A DNA stretch of 64,000 nt from Microgenomates group bacterium Gr01-1014_5 (lineage in GTDB: Bacteria > Patescibacteriota > Microgenomatia > UBA8517 > UBA10165): contig VMGE01000006.1 in NCBI GenBank assembly GCA_007376395.1, positions 2,812 to 66,811 on the forward strand, given 5' to 3'. The notes beneath the pieces were generated by a model. The model had not been told where the DNA came from and did no database searches. It saw nothing but the letters and a program-made list of their open reading frames with translations. The position numbers and the translations under genes are program-made. This document shows positions 39,001 through 48,422 of this stretch, in pieces. The stretch's first letter is position 1; each line of letters begins with the position of its first letter.

Positions 39001-40272
39001 CCTGAAAAAGAAACGAATAAATTAATAAAGGTGGGAATTGCAACAGCCGGAACAATAACAGCGGTAATCTCTCTTGCGGCAGGGGCAGATCTTTACTTAA
39101 GCAAAACGGGTACTTCACAAGCCACTACCCCAACACCGGTTCCGACACAGAGGCCTGACTTATTAAATTTATTCAACTTTACTAAGAAGGCGTTCGCTCA
39201 AGAGGAATCTAGCAATTCTATATCCACACAACAGCCTTTTGACCTTGCTGTTAAAAAAGAGCTTGTAAAACACATAATAAACACCACTGGTAAAGTTGGC
39301 TTTGAAGATGTCGCTCAAGTTTTAGAGGCAGATACGCTGGAACCTAGGTTTAACAGAATAAGTGAAGGGTATAAATTTACCACTGGAAGCGCCGGCGTTT
39401 CTTGGGGATTGGTTGACAAAGACTTATACTCTGTTGTTCTTGAAGGAATACCCGGCATCGACATACAAACTCCTTTGATTGTTGATGCCAAAAACAATTC
39501 TACTGTTTTAATCCCAATCTCGATATCTAAAGGGAGCGGAAAGGTCGAATCTAAGCCGCAAGGATCAGAAACTTCCCTAATAAAAACAGCTTATGCGCAA
39601 GAAAACGATAATGCCCTTGCAAACGGCAAAACCAAAGTGCAGGTTTTGCTTTTTCAAGACGAAAATAGGAACGGGAAATTTGACACTAGCGATGCGGTTT
39701 TGCCTTGGGCAAATCTTATCGTTAAGCTTAAAGGTTTAAATAACAAGAAGGATATATTCTTAAATCAAGGTTGGAATCTGTTTACTTTAACAAACCTTCC
39801 TTCCAGTCCTCTTACTGCAAACGAATTGTTGCAAGAAATTGCTAAACAGAACGGTTATGCAACGACGGTTTCTACTTTGGAAAATGGGCTTTGGAAGTCA
39901 TATGTTGTCCGGGGAGATAAAACCTACTCAGGAGAAGACTTCCCTATCGTTCCGGGCAGGGCTTACTTTGTTAAAGCACTAAAACAGTCTGTCTTTACTT
40001 ACCAGGGCCAAGAGTTTGTTGCACCTGTTGATTTAACCCTCAATGAGGGATGGAACGCTGTCGGACTGCCAAAAACTTCTCAGGAATATAAAATTTCAGA
40101 CGTTTTGTCAAAACTGGACTCGTCAGGCGCTGACGCCGCAAGCCGCTGGGAATCAGGTCTTTGGGATAGTTTTGTAACTAAAAACAAAGAAGATTACGGA
40201 GAAAACTTCCCAATTGAAACAAACCGCGGCTACATTATCCGCGTTAGAAAAAATACTGCGTTTACGCCTTAA
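36022..40272 (+). CDS. giant surface protein (about 1416 aa) with an acidic Gly/Asp/Ser-rich N-terminal region, a recurring GNTG motif, an internal HExxH motif and two C-terminal ~90-aa repeats
   Basis: Signal-like N-terminus. Nine or more (E/G)GNTG motifs. IVHECRHTCD (HExxH). An internal TM segment (VGIATAGTITAVISLAAG). The C-terminal repeats are LNQGWNLFTL...FPIVPGRAYFVKA and LNEGWNAVGL...FPIETNRGYIIRV. The track starts at TTG 36016; ATG 36022 is more likely. Confidence 0.7.
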   Translation: MQNFSKNVFVQLVNLLLIFNVVFSSLAPSLVYAQNTGEYDGGGNAGDDGGGDSGDEGDSGSDEGNTGDGGDVDNGAADAETGNSGVEQEGNLGSSGDEGNTGSEGSGDGGNTGGGGGGEGGNAGDESGNADSGSSGDSGGGGNTGDSRTPTPTPVSGGTGNTGSYEPRSYISVTYSCGGWANGCSNRAMDCRVFNGQIESCGGCYCMDASVNTPPSPSSSAPEGNTGAEPTPTPTPPTPVPTINVEAEALTATGNTGTGGNIGIEPIVPVTSDETQRAAIAAALAATQATTIDLINRQVREAGSGNTGIDHTLASVPDNVGNLGSQVASAIFDPLADFRLPNIFSSNSDLTEAERQINELDARLAQEREELNRDFYNPNNPLSALRLLVPNGENNNDPSALFGQFTSQMGNAGVRVEGNVGEPSFSLACLDADCFLSKLGSTHLATLPLLGNVTTEGAVDFFASSALELNRKSAETSKVLGEAKDLYNQAGVSARMRASQPNPCDTDPSSTQCLTFSTFSQTSPNLALELQRDKELYPDDTLTPEEVAARNALEAKLDEAAQMAYDGAIETAAIVAMTYFGGPALNKVGGFIKGVGGKLVGSASDFLRPAGGIFDDLVTGGRRVFGTADDLPMPAHAVMHSVQSVDDYYVPPFARSVDPEEAREAGMRIFNSEALHDDDLLRVSHWIRNGQGLPDNGLSDDVVNFAKRVSDDLMSSFVPDNNGGFRLSPVSKITEAKRAVINALEHEGNTGLIVYSQRAISEDEYRELAERSLDATIRNRQNQEKLRGAVEEARKIATTMNDSLGGSASDIARRQTDIESAYDLSRFHSASLESRLAGSSGEAVGGFFIPRTGQISITEGTGLSPLPTIVHECRHTCDFLSSPQHFNDLTRRFGKPAAVALNEGRVASFEVDALKISKYNQSASDASAAHTQAFQQYKQIFEEGIVPELAKRENVTIDEARKITYRDPSALDKIDDKKINEILDQFGISRNSPPEKETNKLIKVGIATAGTITAVISLAAGADLYLSKTGTSQATTPTPVPTQRPDLLNLFNFTKKAFAQEESSNSISTQQPFDLAVKKELVKHIINTTGKVGFEDVAQVLEADTLEPRFNRISEGYKFTTGSAGVSWGLVDKDLYSVVLEGIPGIDIQTPLIVDAKNNSTVLIPISISKGSGKVESKPQGSETSLIKTAYAQENDNALANGKTKVQVLLFQDENRNGKFDTSDAVLPWANLIVKLKGLNNKKDIFLNQGWNLFTLTNLPSSPLTANELLQEIAKQNGYATTVSTLENGLWKSYVVRGDKTYSGEDFPIVPGRAYFVKALKQSVFTYQGQEFVAPVDLTLNEGWNAVGLPKTSQEYKISDVLSKLDSSGADAASRWESGLWDSFVTKNKEDYGENFPIETNRGYIIRVRKNTAFTP

Positions 40273-40277
40273 ATATA

Positions 40278-41501
40278 ATGCTTACTCTGCTCAAAAAATA
40301 TTGGCTCGTACTCTTAATCCTTGCTCTCCTTGTTGTTGCTTTACCGGGAGGAGTTTACCTTGCTACAAATCAAACCTCTTTCTTCGGCACTGCTTCGCCA
40401 GAGGAAACTCCAAAGGAAGTGAAAATTACCAATATTTCCGATAACTCTTTTTCTGTTTCTTGGGTAACTCCAGACAAGCAAAATCTAGGTTTTCTTGCTT
40501 ACGGCGAGACTGAACGTTTAGGCAACTCTGCCAGTGATGACCGGGATACTTCCGGAACCCAAGAACGCTACACCCATCACGTTTCTCTCAAAAACCTCTT
40601 ACCATCTACAAACTACTTTTTCAAAATTGGTTCTGGTTCAAAGGAATACGATAATGACAGCAGCTCTTATCAAATTACAACTGCTCCCACCACTACCGAT
40701 CCCCCTCCTTTGGCCGACCCGGCATACGGTAAAATCCTAACTCCGCAAGGCGCGCCCGCAACCGATGTTTTGGTTTATTTAACTGTGGACAGAGGCACTC
40801 CCCTCTCAAGCTATACCAGAAACGACGGCAACTGGTTAATTACTTTAAACAATGCCCGCCGGGCTGACCTTTCCACTTATATTTCCTACAAAGAAACTGG
40901 GGATAATATCTCCCTCTTGGTGAATGGTTCAAATTTGGGCAGGGCAACCGCTAATGCCGATACAAACAACGACAACCCAGTACCGGACATTACCCTTGGC
41001 CAATCATATGAATTCGGAACCTTGGGGTCTGCTCCGCAAACGACCACGGCGCCTGTTGCAGAATCCGCGCCTTCGTCGTTTAGCCTAGAACCTGTCGCGA
41101 ACGTGCAAGAAGCAAGCCCGAGCGCCCTTGAAATCCAAACTCCGGCGGCAGAAACCGCAATCTCCGACTCCACTCCAACTTTTACAGGAACAGGTAAGCC
41201 TGGAGAGATTCTAGATATTATTATTGAAAGTAATCCTATTCGAGCCAAGGTCACAGTCGGTGCAGACGGGACATGGGCTTACACTCCTACCCAAAACCTG
41301 GAATCCGGAGAACATAAAGTTACAATCGCCCAAGCCGGACAAACAAAGACTCAAAATTTCTCGGTGCTTGGAGCCTCAACTGCCAAACCTTCTACAGCCA
41401 GTGCTATTCCTGTAAGCGGTACTTTCGAAAACACGCTGGTTATTTTCGGGTTTGGTTTACTGTTCACACTTCTTGGAAGTTTTCTCATCTTTTACAAATA
41501 A
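40278..41501 (+). CDS. membrane-anchored FN3-like domain protein with C-terminal extension and C-terminal TM anchor (paralog of 35300..36019)
   Basis: ITNISDNSFSVSWVTPDKQNLG, YGKILTPQGAPATDVLVYL, RNDGNWLITLNNARR and ADTNNDNPVPDITLG align with the upstream paralog. It ends in the hydrophobic LVIFGFGLLFTLLGSFLIFYK. Confidence 0.55.
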   Translation: MLTLLKKYWLVLLILALLVVALPGGVYLATNQTSFFGTASPEETPKEVKITNISDNSFSVSWVTPDKQNLGFLAYGETERLGNSASDDRDTSGTQERYTHHVSLKNLLPSTNYFFKIGSGSKEYDNDSSSYQITTAPTTTDPPPLADPAYGKILTPQGAPATDVLVYLTVDRGTPLSSYTRNDGNWLITLNNARRADLSTYISYKETGDNISLLVNGSNLGRATANADTNNDNPVPDITLGQSYEFGTLGSAPQTTTAPVAESAPSSFSLEPVANVQEASPSALEIQTPAAETAISDSTPTFTGTGKPGEILDIIIESNPIRAKVTVGADGTWAYTPTQNLESGEHKVTIAQAGQTKTQNFSVLGASTAKPSTASAIPVSGTFENTLVIFGFGLLFTLLGSFLIFYK

Positions 41502-41550
41502 GTAGCGCTTCGACTTCTTCCTCGGTATAATTACGCTAGAATTAGTCGTC

Positions 41551-43689
41551 ATGGACAAAACATATAATCACAAACTACACGAAAAAGATATTTACACCTT
41601 TTGGGAAAAGGGTGGATATTTCCCCCCTTCGCCAAAGGCTACGGAGGGGCAAGGCAAGCCTTTTACTATTATTATGCCTCCTCCAAACGCCAACGACCCT
41701 TTACACATTGGACACGCCCGCTTTGTCGCTATAGAAGACACATTAATCCGCTACCACAGAATGAAAGGAGAGCCAACGCTCTGGCTCCCTGGAGCAGACC
41801 ATGCCGGAATCGAAACCCAATTTGTATTTGAGAAGCGCCTTAAAGAACAAGGCAAGAGCCGTTTTGATTTTGACCGCGACACACTTTTCAAAATGATTTG
41901 GGATTATGTGCAGGAAAACAAAGGTGTTATGGAAAATCAGCTCAGGATTTTAGGCGCCTCGTGCGACTGGACGCGCAATAAATTTACTCTCGACCCAGAG
42001 ATACAAAAAATTGTCTACAAAACTTTCAAGGCTCTTTCTGACGACGGACTCCTCTACCGTGGTGATCGCCTGGTTAATTACTGCACAGTCTGCGGCACGG
42101 GCTACTCCGAACTTGAGGTTGACAGAATAGAAAGAACCGACCCGCTTTATTACGTGCGTTACAAAAAAATAGACAGTGCGGATTATGTTGTTGTTGCCAC
42201 AACCCGTCCTGAGCCGATTTTTGCCGATACTCATTTGGCGGTTAATCCCAAAGATAAAAAGAACAAAGACTTGATAGGTACTAAAGTTCTAAACCCTTTA
42301 ACAAAACAGGAAATGGAAATTATAGGCGACGAGTTTGTTGATCCGGAATTTGGCACAGGTATTGTAAAACTGACGCCAGCCCACGACTTCAACGATTTTC
42401 AAGTTGCCGAGAAGCACAACTTGCCAATCATCCGCGCTATTAATCCTGACGGAAAAATTTCTCAGGCGGGAGGAAAATACGCCGGTCTTTACGTTAAAAA
42501 AGCGCGAGCGGCAATCGTTCACGATTTGCAAGAAAACGGTCTGATAGAAAAAATTGACGACAAATACCAACACGTGGTGGGAATTTGCTACCGCTGTAAA
42601 ACGAATATTGAGCCCATGACACGGGAGCAATGGTTTGTCAAAATCAGACCCTTAGCCGATAAAGCTCTACAGGCGGTCAAAAAAGGTGAGGTTAAATTCG
42701 CCGCTGAACGTTTTGAAAAAATTGCCATCCATTGGCTTAAGAATTTACGCGACTGGAATATCTCCCGCCAAATTGTTTGGGGAATGGCGATTCCTGCATG
42801 GCAGTGCAAAGAATGTAACAAGTGGATAATTACCGATAGCGAGGCGCCCATGGAATGCTCCTGCGGCTCACGAAATCTCGTCCAAGACCCCGACACCTTT
42901 GATACCTGGTTCTCCTCGGGTCAATGGCCATTCGCGACCTTACAGACCACAGAACCCGGTGACTTTGAATACTTTTACCCAACTTCTGTTATGAATACAG
43001 GATACGACATTGTCCCTTTCTGGGTTTTACGAATGATAATGTTGGGACTGTACACGACCGGCAACGTGCCATTTAAAAATGTACTAGTGCATGGACTGGT
43101 CCGCGACGCCCAAGGGCAAAAGATTTCCAAATCAAAAGGCAATGTTATTAACCCAATAGAAATGGCGGATAAATACGGCACAGATGCGTTAAGGATGGGT
43201 ATTCTGTGGGGCGCCTTAGTCGAAAGCGACATTGCACTATCCGAAAACAACATCCGCGGGCAAAGGAATTTTGGCAACAAGATTTGGAACATAGCGCGCT
43301 TCGTTCTTTCAACACCTCTAGTCTCTAACCTCCAGTCTCCAACCTCTAACGAAGATGATGAGCGGATTCTCAAAGAACTTAATGAAAGTATTAAAAAGAT
43401 AACAGATGCGCTTGACCAGTATCGTTTAAGCGAGGCGGCAGAAGAGTTGTATGAATTTGTTTGGAAAAAGTTTGCAGACGTTTATCTTGAAAAAACTAAA
43501 GACCGCCGGGGTGATGCACAACCTACCCTACTTTTTGTTTTACAAGAATCTTTAAAACTTGCTCATCCATTTATGCCTTTTATTACTGAGGCAATCTGGA
43601 AGATTGCCAATAAACAATACTCAGTAAACAGTCCTCAGGGATTTTTCAAAGAAGAAGCTTTGATTACAGCTCGCTGGCCAGCTAGTTGA
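41551..43689 (+). CDS. valS: valyl-tRNA synthetase (short form lacking the C-terminal coiled coil)
   Basis: HIGH motif PLHIGHARF, KMSKS motif KISKSKGN, and an editing domain. It carries an in-frame heptamer-repeat insert at 43311..43350. Confidence 0.9.
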   Translation: MDKTYNHKLHEKDIYTFWEKGGYFPPSPKATEGQGKPFTIIMPPPNANDPLHIGHARFVAIEDTLIRYHRMKGEPTLWLPGADHAGIETQFVFEKRLKEQGKSRFDFDRDTLFKMIWDYVQENKGVMENQLRILGASCDWTRNKFTLDPEIQKIVYKTFKALSDDGLLYRGDRLVNYCTVCGTGYSELEVDRIERTDPLYYVRYKKIDSADYVVVATTRPEPIFADTHLAVNPKDKKNKDLIGTKVLNPLTKQEMEIIGDEFVDPEFGTGIVKLTPAHDFNDFQVAEKHNLPIIRAINPDGKISQAGGKYAGLYVKKARAAIVHDLQENGLIEKIDDKYQHVVGICYRCKTNIEPMTREQWFVKIRPLADKALQAVKKGEVKFAAERFEKIAIHWLKNLRDWNISRQIVWGMAIPAWQCKECNKWIITDSEAPMECSCGSRNLVQDPDTFDTWFSSGQWPFATLQTTEPGDFEYFYPTSVMNTGYDIVPFWVLRMIMLGLYTTGNVPFKNVLVHGLVRDAQGQKISKSKGNVINPIEMADKYGTDALRMGILWGALVESDIALSENNIRGQRNFGNKIWNIARFVLSTPLVSNLQSPTSNEDDERILKELNESIKKITDALDQYRLSEAAEELYEFVWKKFADVYLEKTKDRRGDAQPTLLFVLQESLKLAHPFMPFITEAIWKIANKQYSVNSPQGFFKEEALITARWPAS

Positions 43690-43696
43690 TAGTGTA

Positions 43697-44011
43697 ATGA
43701 ATATAGGTAACACTGTCTCAAAAAATGGAGTTAAAATCCGCCTCACAGAAGAACGGTGGAAACATATTGTTCTTATGCATCCAGGTCTTATTGGCAGACA
43801 AAAGCAAGTTTTAACAACAATAAAAAATCCAGACTATGTTTTCAGGGGTGGAGCTGAAGAGATATTAGCAGTTACAAAAGTTTCTCTAAGAAGATATCTT
43901 GTGGTAATATACAAAGAGACAGAAGCTGACGGATTTATTATCACAGCCTATGAAACAACCGATACTCGTTGGCTGTTTAAGAAAGAATTAATATGGAACA
44001 AGCATTTGTAA
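43697..44011 (+). CDS. DUF4258-like small protein (putative toxin of a two-gene module)
   Basis: 104 aa with ...VVIYKETEADGFIITAYE, typical of DUF4258-type toxins. Confidence 0.35.
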   Translation: MNIGNTVSKNGVKIRLTEERWKHIVLMHPGLIGRQKQVLTTIKNPDYVFRGGAEEILAVTKVSLRRYLVVIYKETEADGFIITAYETTDTRWLFKKELIWNKHL

Positions 44012-44232
44012 ATACTGTTTTACCAAAATTGGGACTACGTCATGTTATGGATATGCGTAATCCCCCTCTGTGGATCTCTTATGACAGAGAGGGCGATGCT
44101 GTGCGTGTGGTTTTTGAGGAGGCAAAAAAGAGCGACAAGTCTGCTCTTGATAAAAATGATGTTATTGTCACCAAAAGAGGTAAGAAGTTAATTAACATGA
44201 CAATTTTAAACGCAAGCCGTCTTTTTAGCTAA
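43993..44232 (+). CDS. DUF2283-like small protein (putative cognate antitoxin)
   Basis: ISYDREGDAVRVVFEE....DVIVTKRGKKLINMTILNAS fits the DUF2283 pattern. It overlaps the upstream gene by 19 nt. Confidence 0.4.
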   Translation: MEQAFVNTVLPKLGLRHVMDMRNPPLWISYDREGDAVRVVFEEAKKSDKSALDKNDVIVTKRGKKLINMTILNASRLFS

Positions 44233-44414
44233 CTTTTTAGTCATGATAGTCTCCAAATCTACTTGCGGTCTTTGTAAGCTCACCAAGAAATATAAGAAAA
44301 ACAATACTAAATTAAAAAGTGTTATTAGGCGCGCGTTACTAGAAGGAGAATTAACAGCGAATTTAATTAAAAGTTATTCGAAGTATTGATCTCTTCGTGG
44401 CCTGAGGTGTAAAA

Positions 44415-45158
44415 TTACTCTTTCTTTCCGTCAGTAGGTGTGTTCTCTCCTGTGACAGCTTTTTCTGTACCTTCTGTGGCTGGAGTTTCACCCTCTGCAG
44501 CTGGAGCACCACCTTCTGCTGCGGCGACTTCACCCTCTGCCGGTGCGGCAACTACCGGTTCTTCAACTTTCGCCGGTTCTTCGATTACAACCACAATTTG
44601 CTCTGGATCACCTTTTATTTCAACTTTTGTCTTATCGACTTTTAGGTCTGCGACTTTTATTGCTTGACCAACTTCGGTTAACTCCGAAACATCAACGGTA
44701 ATATTTTCCGGAAGATCGGTTGGTAATGCTTCTACCTCTACTTCGCGCAACTGAGGAACCAAAATTCCTTCTTGGGATTTTTCGATTGGCGACTCGCCTG
44801 TAAATTCAATTTGGACTGTGGCGGTAACTTTTTCGAGCAGGTCGACCTCTAGAAAATCTGCGTGAACCGGAAGATCTGTTACTGAATTTAACTGGACGTT
44901 ATGGATTAAAACTGGATGTTCTGTACTGCCCACTTTTAAAGAAACTAATCCAGTCTCGCCAACTTCTTTAAAAGTCTTTAAAAATTCGATTAGGTTGACC
45001 TGAACCGACTGAGATTTAACTTTTTTACCGTAAATATTTCCAGGCAAAACACCAGTGCGGCGTAATTGTTTTACTTTACGTCCTACAACTGTTCTTGGTT
45101 CTGCTTGTAATGTGTGTTGATCCCGATCAGATCGGGATTGACTCACTTGGGCTGCCAT
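44415..45158 (-). CDS. rplY: 50S ribosomal protein L25 / general stress protein Ctc with acidic Ala/Glu-rich C-terminal tail
   Basis: RKVKQLRRTGVLPGNIYGKK, then a beta-barrel and an extended C-terminus. Confidence 0.75.
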   Translation of the reverse strand: MAAQVSQSRSDRDQHTLQAEPRTVVGRKVKQLRRTGVLPGNIYGKKVKSQSVQVNLIEFLKTFKEVGETGLVSLKVGSTEHPVLIHNVQLNSVTDLPVHADFLEVDLLEKVTATVQIEFTGESPIEKSQEGILVPQLREVEVEALPTDLPENITVDVSELTEVGQAIKVADLKVDKTKVEIKGDPEQIVVVIEEPAKVEEPVVAAPAEGEVAAAEGGAPAAEGETPATEGTEKAVTGENTPTDGKKE

Positions 45159-47875
45159 ATTAAATTTGTTACTAAATCTTGCGACAAGTTTGTATTATAA
45201 CCGATCGTGCCGTTTTCAGTCAAACTGGGAACAGGATAAGCCCCGACTTTCAAACTAGGTTTTGGCAAATTAATCCGTAAAACTACGGGTTCTGCGAACG
45301 TTCCCATTTGTTTTTGCCACAAAAAGACAAGCTCCCCTTCTTCGCTCTGTTCTCCGCTCTTACTCCTTAACACATCCCAAAGATAAACGATTTGCCTTTT
45401 TTGTCCTGTCGGAATTTCCACCATCGTCCCAAAAGACCTTTTTCCTTTATCGCTTCCTGTGTCTGGTGTTGTATTTTCTTGCAAACCATCCTCGGGATTA
45501 ACTACAGCAGATAAATTTAGTTTAGCGGTTGCAGGAACCATTAACCGCAGGTAGCTTTTATATACTTGCTGCGATTTGTTCTCAAGAGAAATTGTAAGTC
45601 TGTGTGAAAGAGTATTCTCTTTAATGTCGATTTCCAAAGCGTAAGATTTTTCTAAAAAGCGGCTGTTTTTATTCTTACCCAGATTTGCGTCAACTATTTG
45701 CAAATAATCCGTTGCGCAATCACCATACTTTTGCGCAATATCGCAAGACACGTTTCTTATACCCCCATCCCAACCATGTTCTGCTAAAATTGTCTTTACA
45801 CGGTTTGTGGTTGTCCAAAAGGCCAAATGTTTTTGTGTAGTATTTTTACTCAAACCAGAAAGTTCTAATATTTTTAATTCGCTAGGGTTGGTTAAAAGCC
45901 GCAAAACTTCCCTGTTAAGTTTCGCGTAATAATCTTCGTTTGATTTTTCCGAAGTTTGATAAATATTGTCTCTATTTATCCCCTCTCCGCTTTCAAGTTC
46001 AATGTCGCGATTTCCGGCAAGTAAGGTTTTGACAAACTCAAGGTCGTAGGCAATAACACCGTCGACTTTTTGCTCCAATTCTTTTTCTATAAACCAAGCG
46101 GCGCGCGCCGCTGATGTTGGAAAGTCAGCGCTCCAACCCGAAGAAGATAAGTTCCAATCAGTTAAATCGGTGTATTTTTTTAAGGGTTCTGGCGGGTCTA
46201 TCTGTCCTTTAAGCTGGCCATCGGCGACATTTGCACCCATTACCTCAAGATTAATTATCCGGCCTTTGTCAAAAGTAACCAAACCAAAAGAGTGTATTTT
46301 TCCCCCGCCGGGAGTAAGTTCTGTATTGTCTTGCAGTAACACTAAATAAGTCCTCTTGCCGTTCATTCCCAAAAGGTCGGGTAAAACCGGTAACAGCTCC
46401 TGGAAAAGTGTCAGGTTTGTCCTCGTCTCGTCTAGTTCTTTGTAAAACACTACCGTCTTTGTTCCGTAAAACGGCAAGGTAAAACTCAAGTCAGCGCCTT
46501 GCATCTCTGCCGCTAAAAATCCCGACTCCCGGGCTAGTGTTCCCGCGTCTGTTTGCGTATTTGCTAAAACTTCTCCGAAGGCAAAAGTTTCTTTCCCTAA
46601 TACCCCGTTGCGCAGTATCCCTACTTGTTCAATTAAGCTTGTGGTTTTTACGCCTAGTCTTGCGAACTGATTTAAGTTGTAGCTTTTTTTACTAAGGCCC
46701 TGGGCTTCGTTTTTCAAACCAGGAAGCGTTCCCCACGAAGGAAAAGTTTTAGTTGCCAACTCAAACCAAAAAGCAGACCGCTCAAACCATTCTGTAGAAA
46801 TTTTAATCTCACCTGATTTAAGAGCACTTTCGGCAAAGCCCAACTGGACAATCCCCAACCCTAACTGCAAGACAGGTAAGGCAAAAATCCAAAACAGGAC
46901 AGTTAGGCCAAAAAACGGCAAGGCAATCCATCTTGCCCCACGCTTCTTTTTTGGCGGACCATTCCAAAAACCAGCAACAGGTTTTAGGGTTGGACGAATC
47001 TGGACGGTAGACTCGTCAACCGACTGGACGGGTATTTTCATTTTGGGCAAGTGCCTGTCAAACCAAGAAAGTGTTTGTCTTATCCCCTCTTCAAGTGGTT
47101 TTTTTGCTTCCCAGCCAATAAGTTTACGGCCGGAATTCAGCAACTCGTCACTTACCATTTCTTCTTTTGTACCCCCTCCGGTTACAAATTCCGTCTCAAC
47201 ACCGCCAACCAGTTTTTTTAAGTACTCTGCAAAACTAAAAACTGAAGTTTTCTCTCCTGCAAAGGTAAAAAGCATACCCCTTGTTCCCGGGGAAACTTGT
47301 GCCTTCAAAACACCCTCGACAACGTCTTTTATGAAAACCGGGTAGACAAAATCCTCTCGATTACCTGCTACACGTATAGTTTTACGGCCAGCTGCTGCTG
47401 TGAGAATTTGATCCATTGGGCTGCGCGATAAAGACATGTTTGGCCCATAAACATCAAGCCAGTGCACACGGCGGAAATCTACGCCCTTCTTCAAAGAAGC
47501 ATCTTGAATATTTTTTTCTTCAACAGATTTTACACGCAACTCTGAACCAAACAAAAAACGCGCTCGTTTTTCAGCTGAGAAATTAACCAGTGTCGACGCC
47601 AGCTCGGAAAATTTTCTGTTTTCTGTTAAGAAAAAAACGTAGTCTACTCTCTCGATTTTAGGTAGAACATCGTCGACATTTTCAATATCGACATACACAA
47701 AATCTTCACTTATTAAGTTTTTCGTATTTTCGTTTGAGTCGCCAAGACAAATAACTTTTACGCTACGGGAAACCAGTTCACCGCAAAGGTGAGAAGCGAT
47801 AAAGCTAGCATCTCCAACAACTAAGGCAAGAGGTTTCGCGTTATTAAAAAAATCAGGAGGGAGAAAGATGGGCAT
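45143..47875 (-). CDS. fusion protein with an N-terminal NAD-dependent epimerase/dehydratase-like Rossmann domain, a TM segment and a large extracytoplasmic domain (DUF4012-like)
   Basis: LVVGDASFIASHLCGEL Rossmann motif, then a TM segment (WIALPFFGLTVLFWIFALPVL) and a ~580-aa extracellular region. A Wzx flippase gene is nearby. Confidence 0.5.
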   Translation of the reverse strand: MPIFLPPDFFNNAKPLALVVGDASFIASHLCGELVSRSVKVICLGDSNENTKNLISEDFVYVDIENVDDVLPKIERVDYVFFLTENRKFSELASTLVNFSAEKRARFLFGSELRVKSVEEKNIQDASLKKGVDFRRVHWLDVYGPNMSLSRSPMDQILTAAAGRKTIRVAGNREDFVYPVFIKDVVEGVLKAQVSPGTRGMLFTFAGEKTSVFSFAEYLKKLVGGVETEFVTGGGTKEEMVSDELLNSGRKLIGWEAKKPLEEGIRQTLSWFDRHLPKMKIPVQSVDESTVQIRPTLKPVAGFWNGPPKKKRGARWIALPFFGLTVLFWIFALPVLQLGLGIVQLGFAESALKSGEIKISTEWFERSAFWFELATKTFPSWGTLPGLKNEAQGLSKKSYNLNQFARLGVKTTSLIEQVGILRNGVLGKETFAFGEVLANTQTDAGTLARESGFLAAEMQGADLSFTLPFYGTKTVVFYKELDETRTNLTLFQELLPVLPDLLGMNGKRTYLVLLQDNTELTPGGGKIHSFGLVTFDKGRIINLEVMGANVADGQLKGQIDPPEPLKKYTDLTDWNLSSSGWSADFPTSAARAAWFIEKELEQKVDGVIAYDLEFVKTLLAGNRDIELESGEGINRDNIYQTSEKSNEDYYAKLNREVLRLLTNPSELKILELSGLSKNTTQKHLAFWTTTNRVKTILAEHGWDGGIRNVSCDIAQKYGDCATDYLQIVDANLGKNKNSRFLEKSYALEIDIKENTLSHRLTISLENKSQQVYKSYLRLMVPATAKLNLSAVVNPEDGLQENTTPDTGSDKGKRSFGTMVEIPTGQKRQIVYLWDVLRSKSGEQSEEGELVFLWQKQMGTFAEPVVLRINLPKPSLKVGAYPVPSLTENGTIGYNTNLSQDLVTNLIWQPK

Positions 47876-48007
47876 TACACTTAATATTATCTTTTTTCAC
47901 CGCAACATTTCAATTGTCAGTGAATATAAAAATTGAGGACAAAATTTCTCCGCAACTGTGTTATGACGCGTAAGATGTGAAAGTTAGATACATTTGACAT
48001 GCGCTTT

Positions 48008-48421
48008 TCACCCGGTAAATTCACCGTCGAGAATTTGATTAACTAAAGTGTCTGCCTCACGGTTTTGGGCGCGGGGAACATTTCTGTAAACTATTTTTTG
48101 TCCAATATCTTTTTCCAGCTTCTTTGCCGTTTGTGCAAGTTTTTGTAAAGTTAAGTTCTTAATTTTATAAATACCGTTTAACTGGTTAACGATTAGTTGC
48201 GAGTCGAGGACAAAAACAAGTGACTGGTCTGTGGGATTATCTGTAACCCACAACAGTGCTTCAATAACGGCTGAGTATTCGGCAACGTTGTTGGTGGCGA
48301 CTCCTAAAAGTTTCCCCGATTTATAAATCACTTTTCCGCCGACGGTGACTACAAAAGCTGCTGCGGCGCGTCCTGGGTTACCGCGGCTGGCGCCGTCACA
48401 ATGAATAATTATTCCGCCCAT
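48008..48421 (-). CDS. rnhA: ribonuclease HI
   Basis: CDGASRGNPG, NNVAEYSAVIEAL, DSQLIVNQ and READTLVNQ carry the catalytic DEDD residues. Confidence 0.85.
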   Translation of the reverse strand: MGGIIIHCDGASRGNPGRAAAAFVVTVGGKVIYKSGKLLGVATNNVAEYSAVIEALLWVTDNPTDQSLVFVLDSQLIVNQLNGIYKIKNLTLQKLAQTAKKLEKDIGQKIVYRNVPRAQNREADTLVNQILDGEFTG

Positions 48422-48422
48422 G

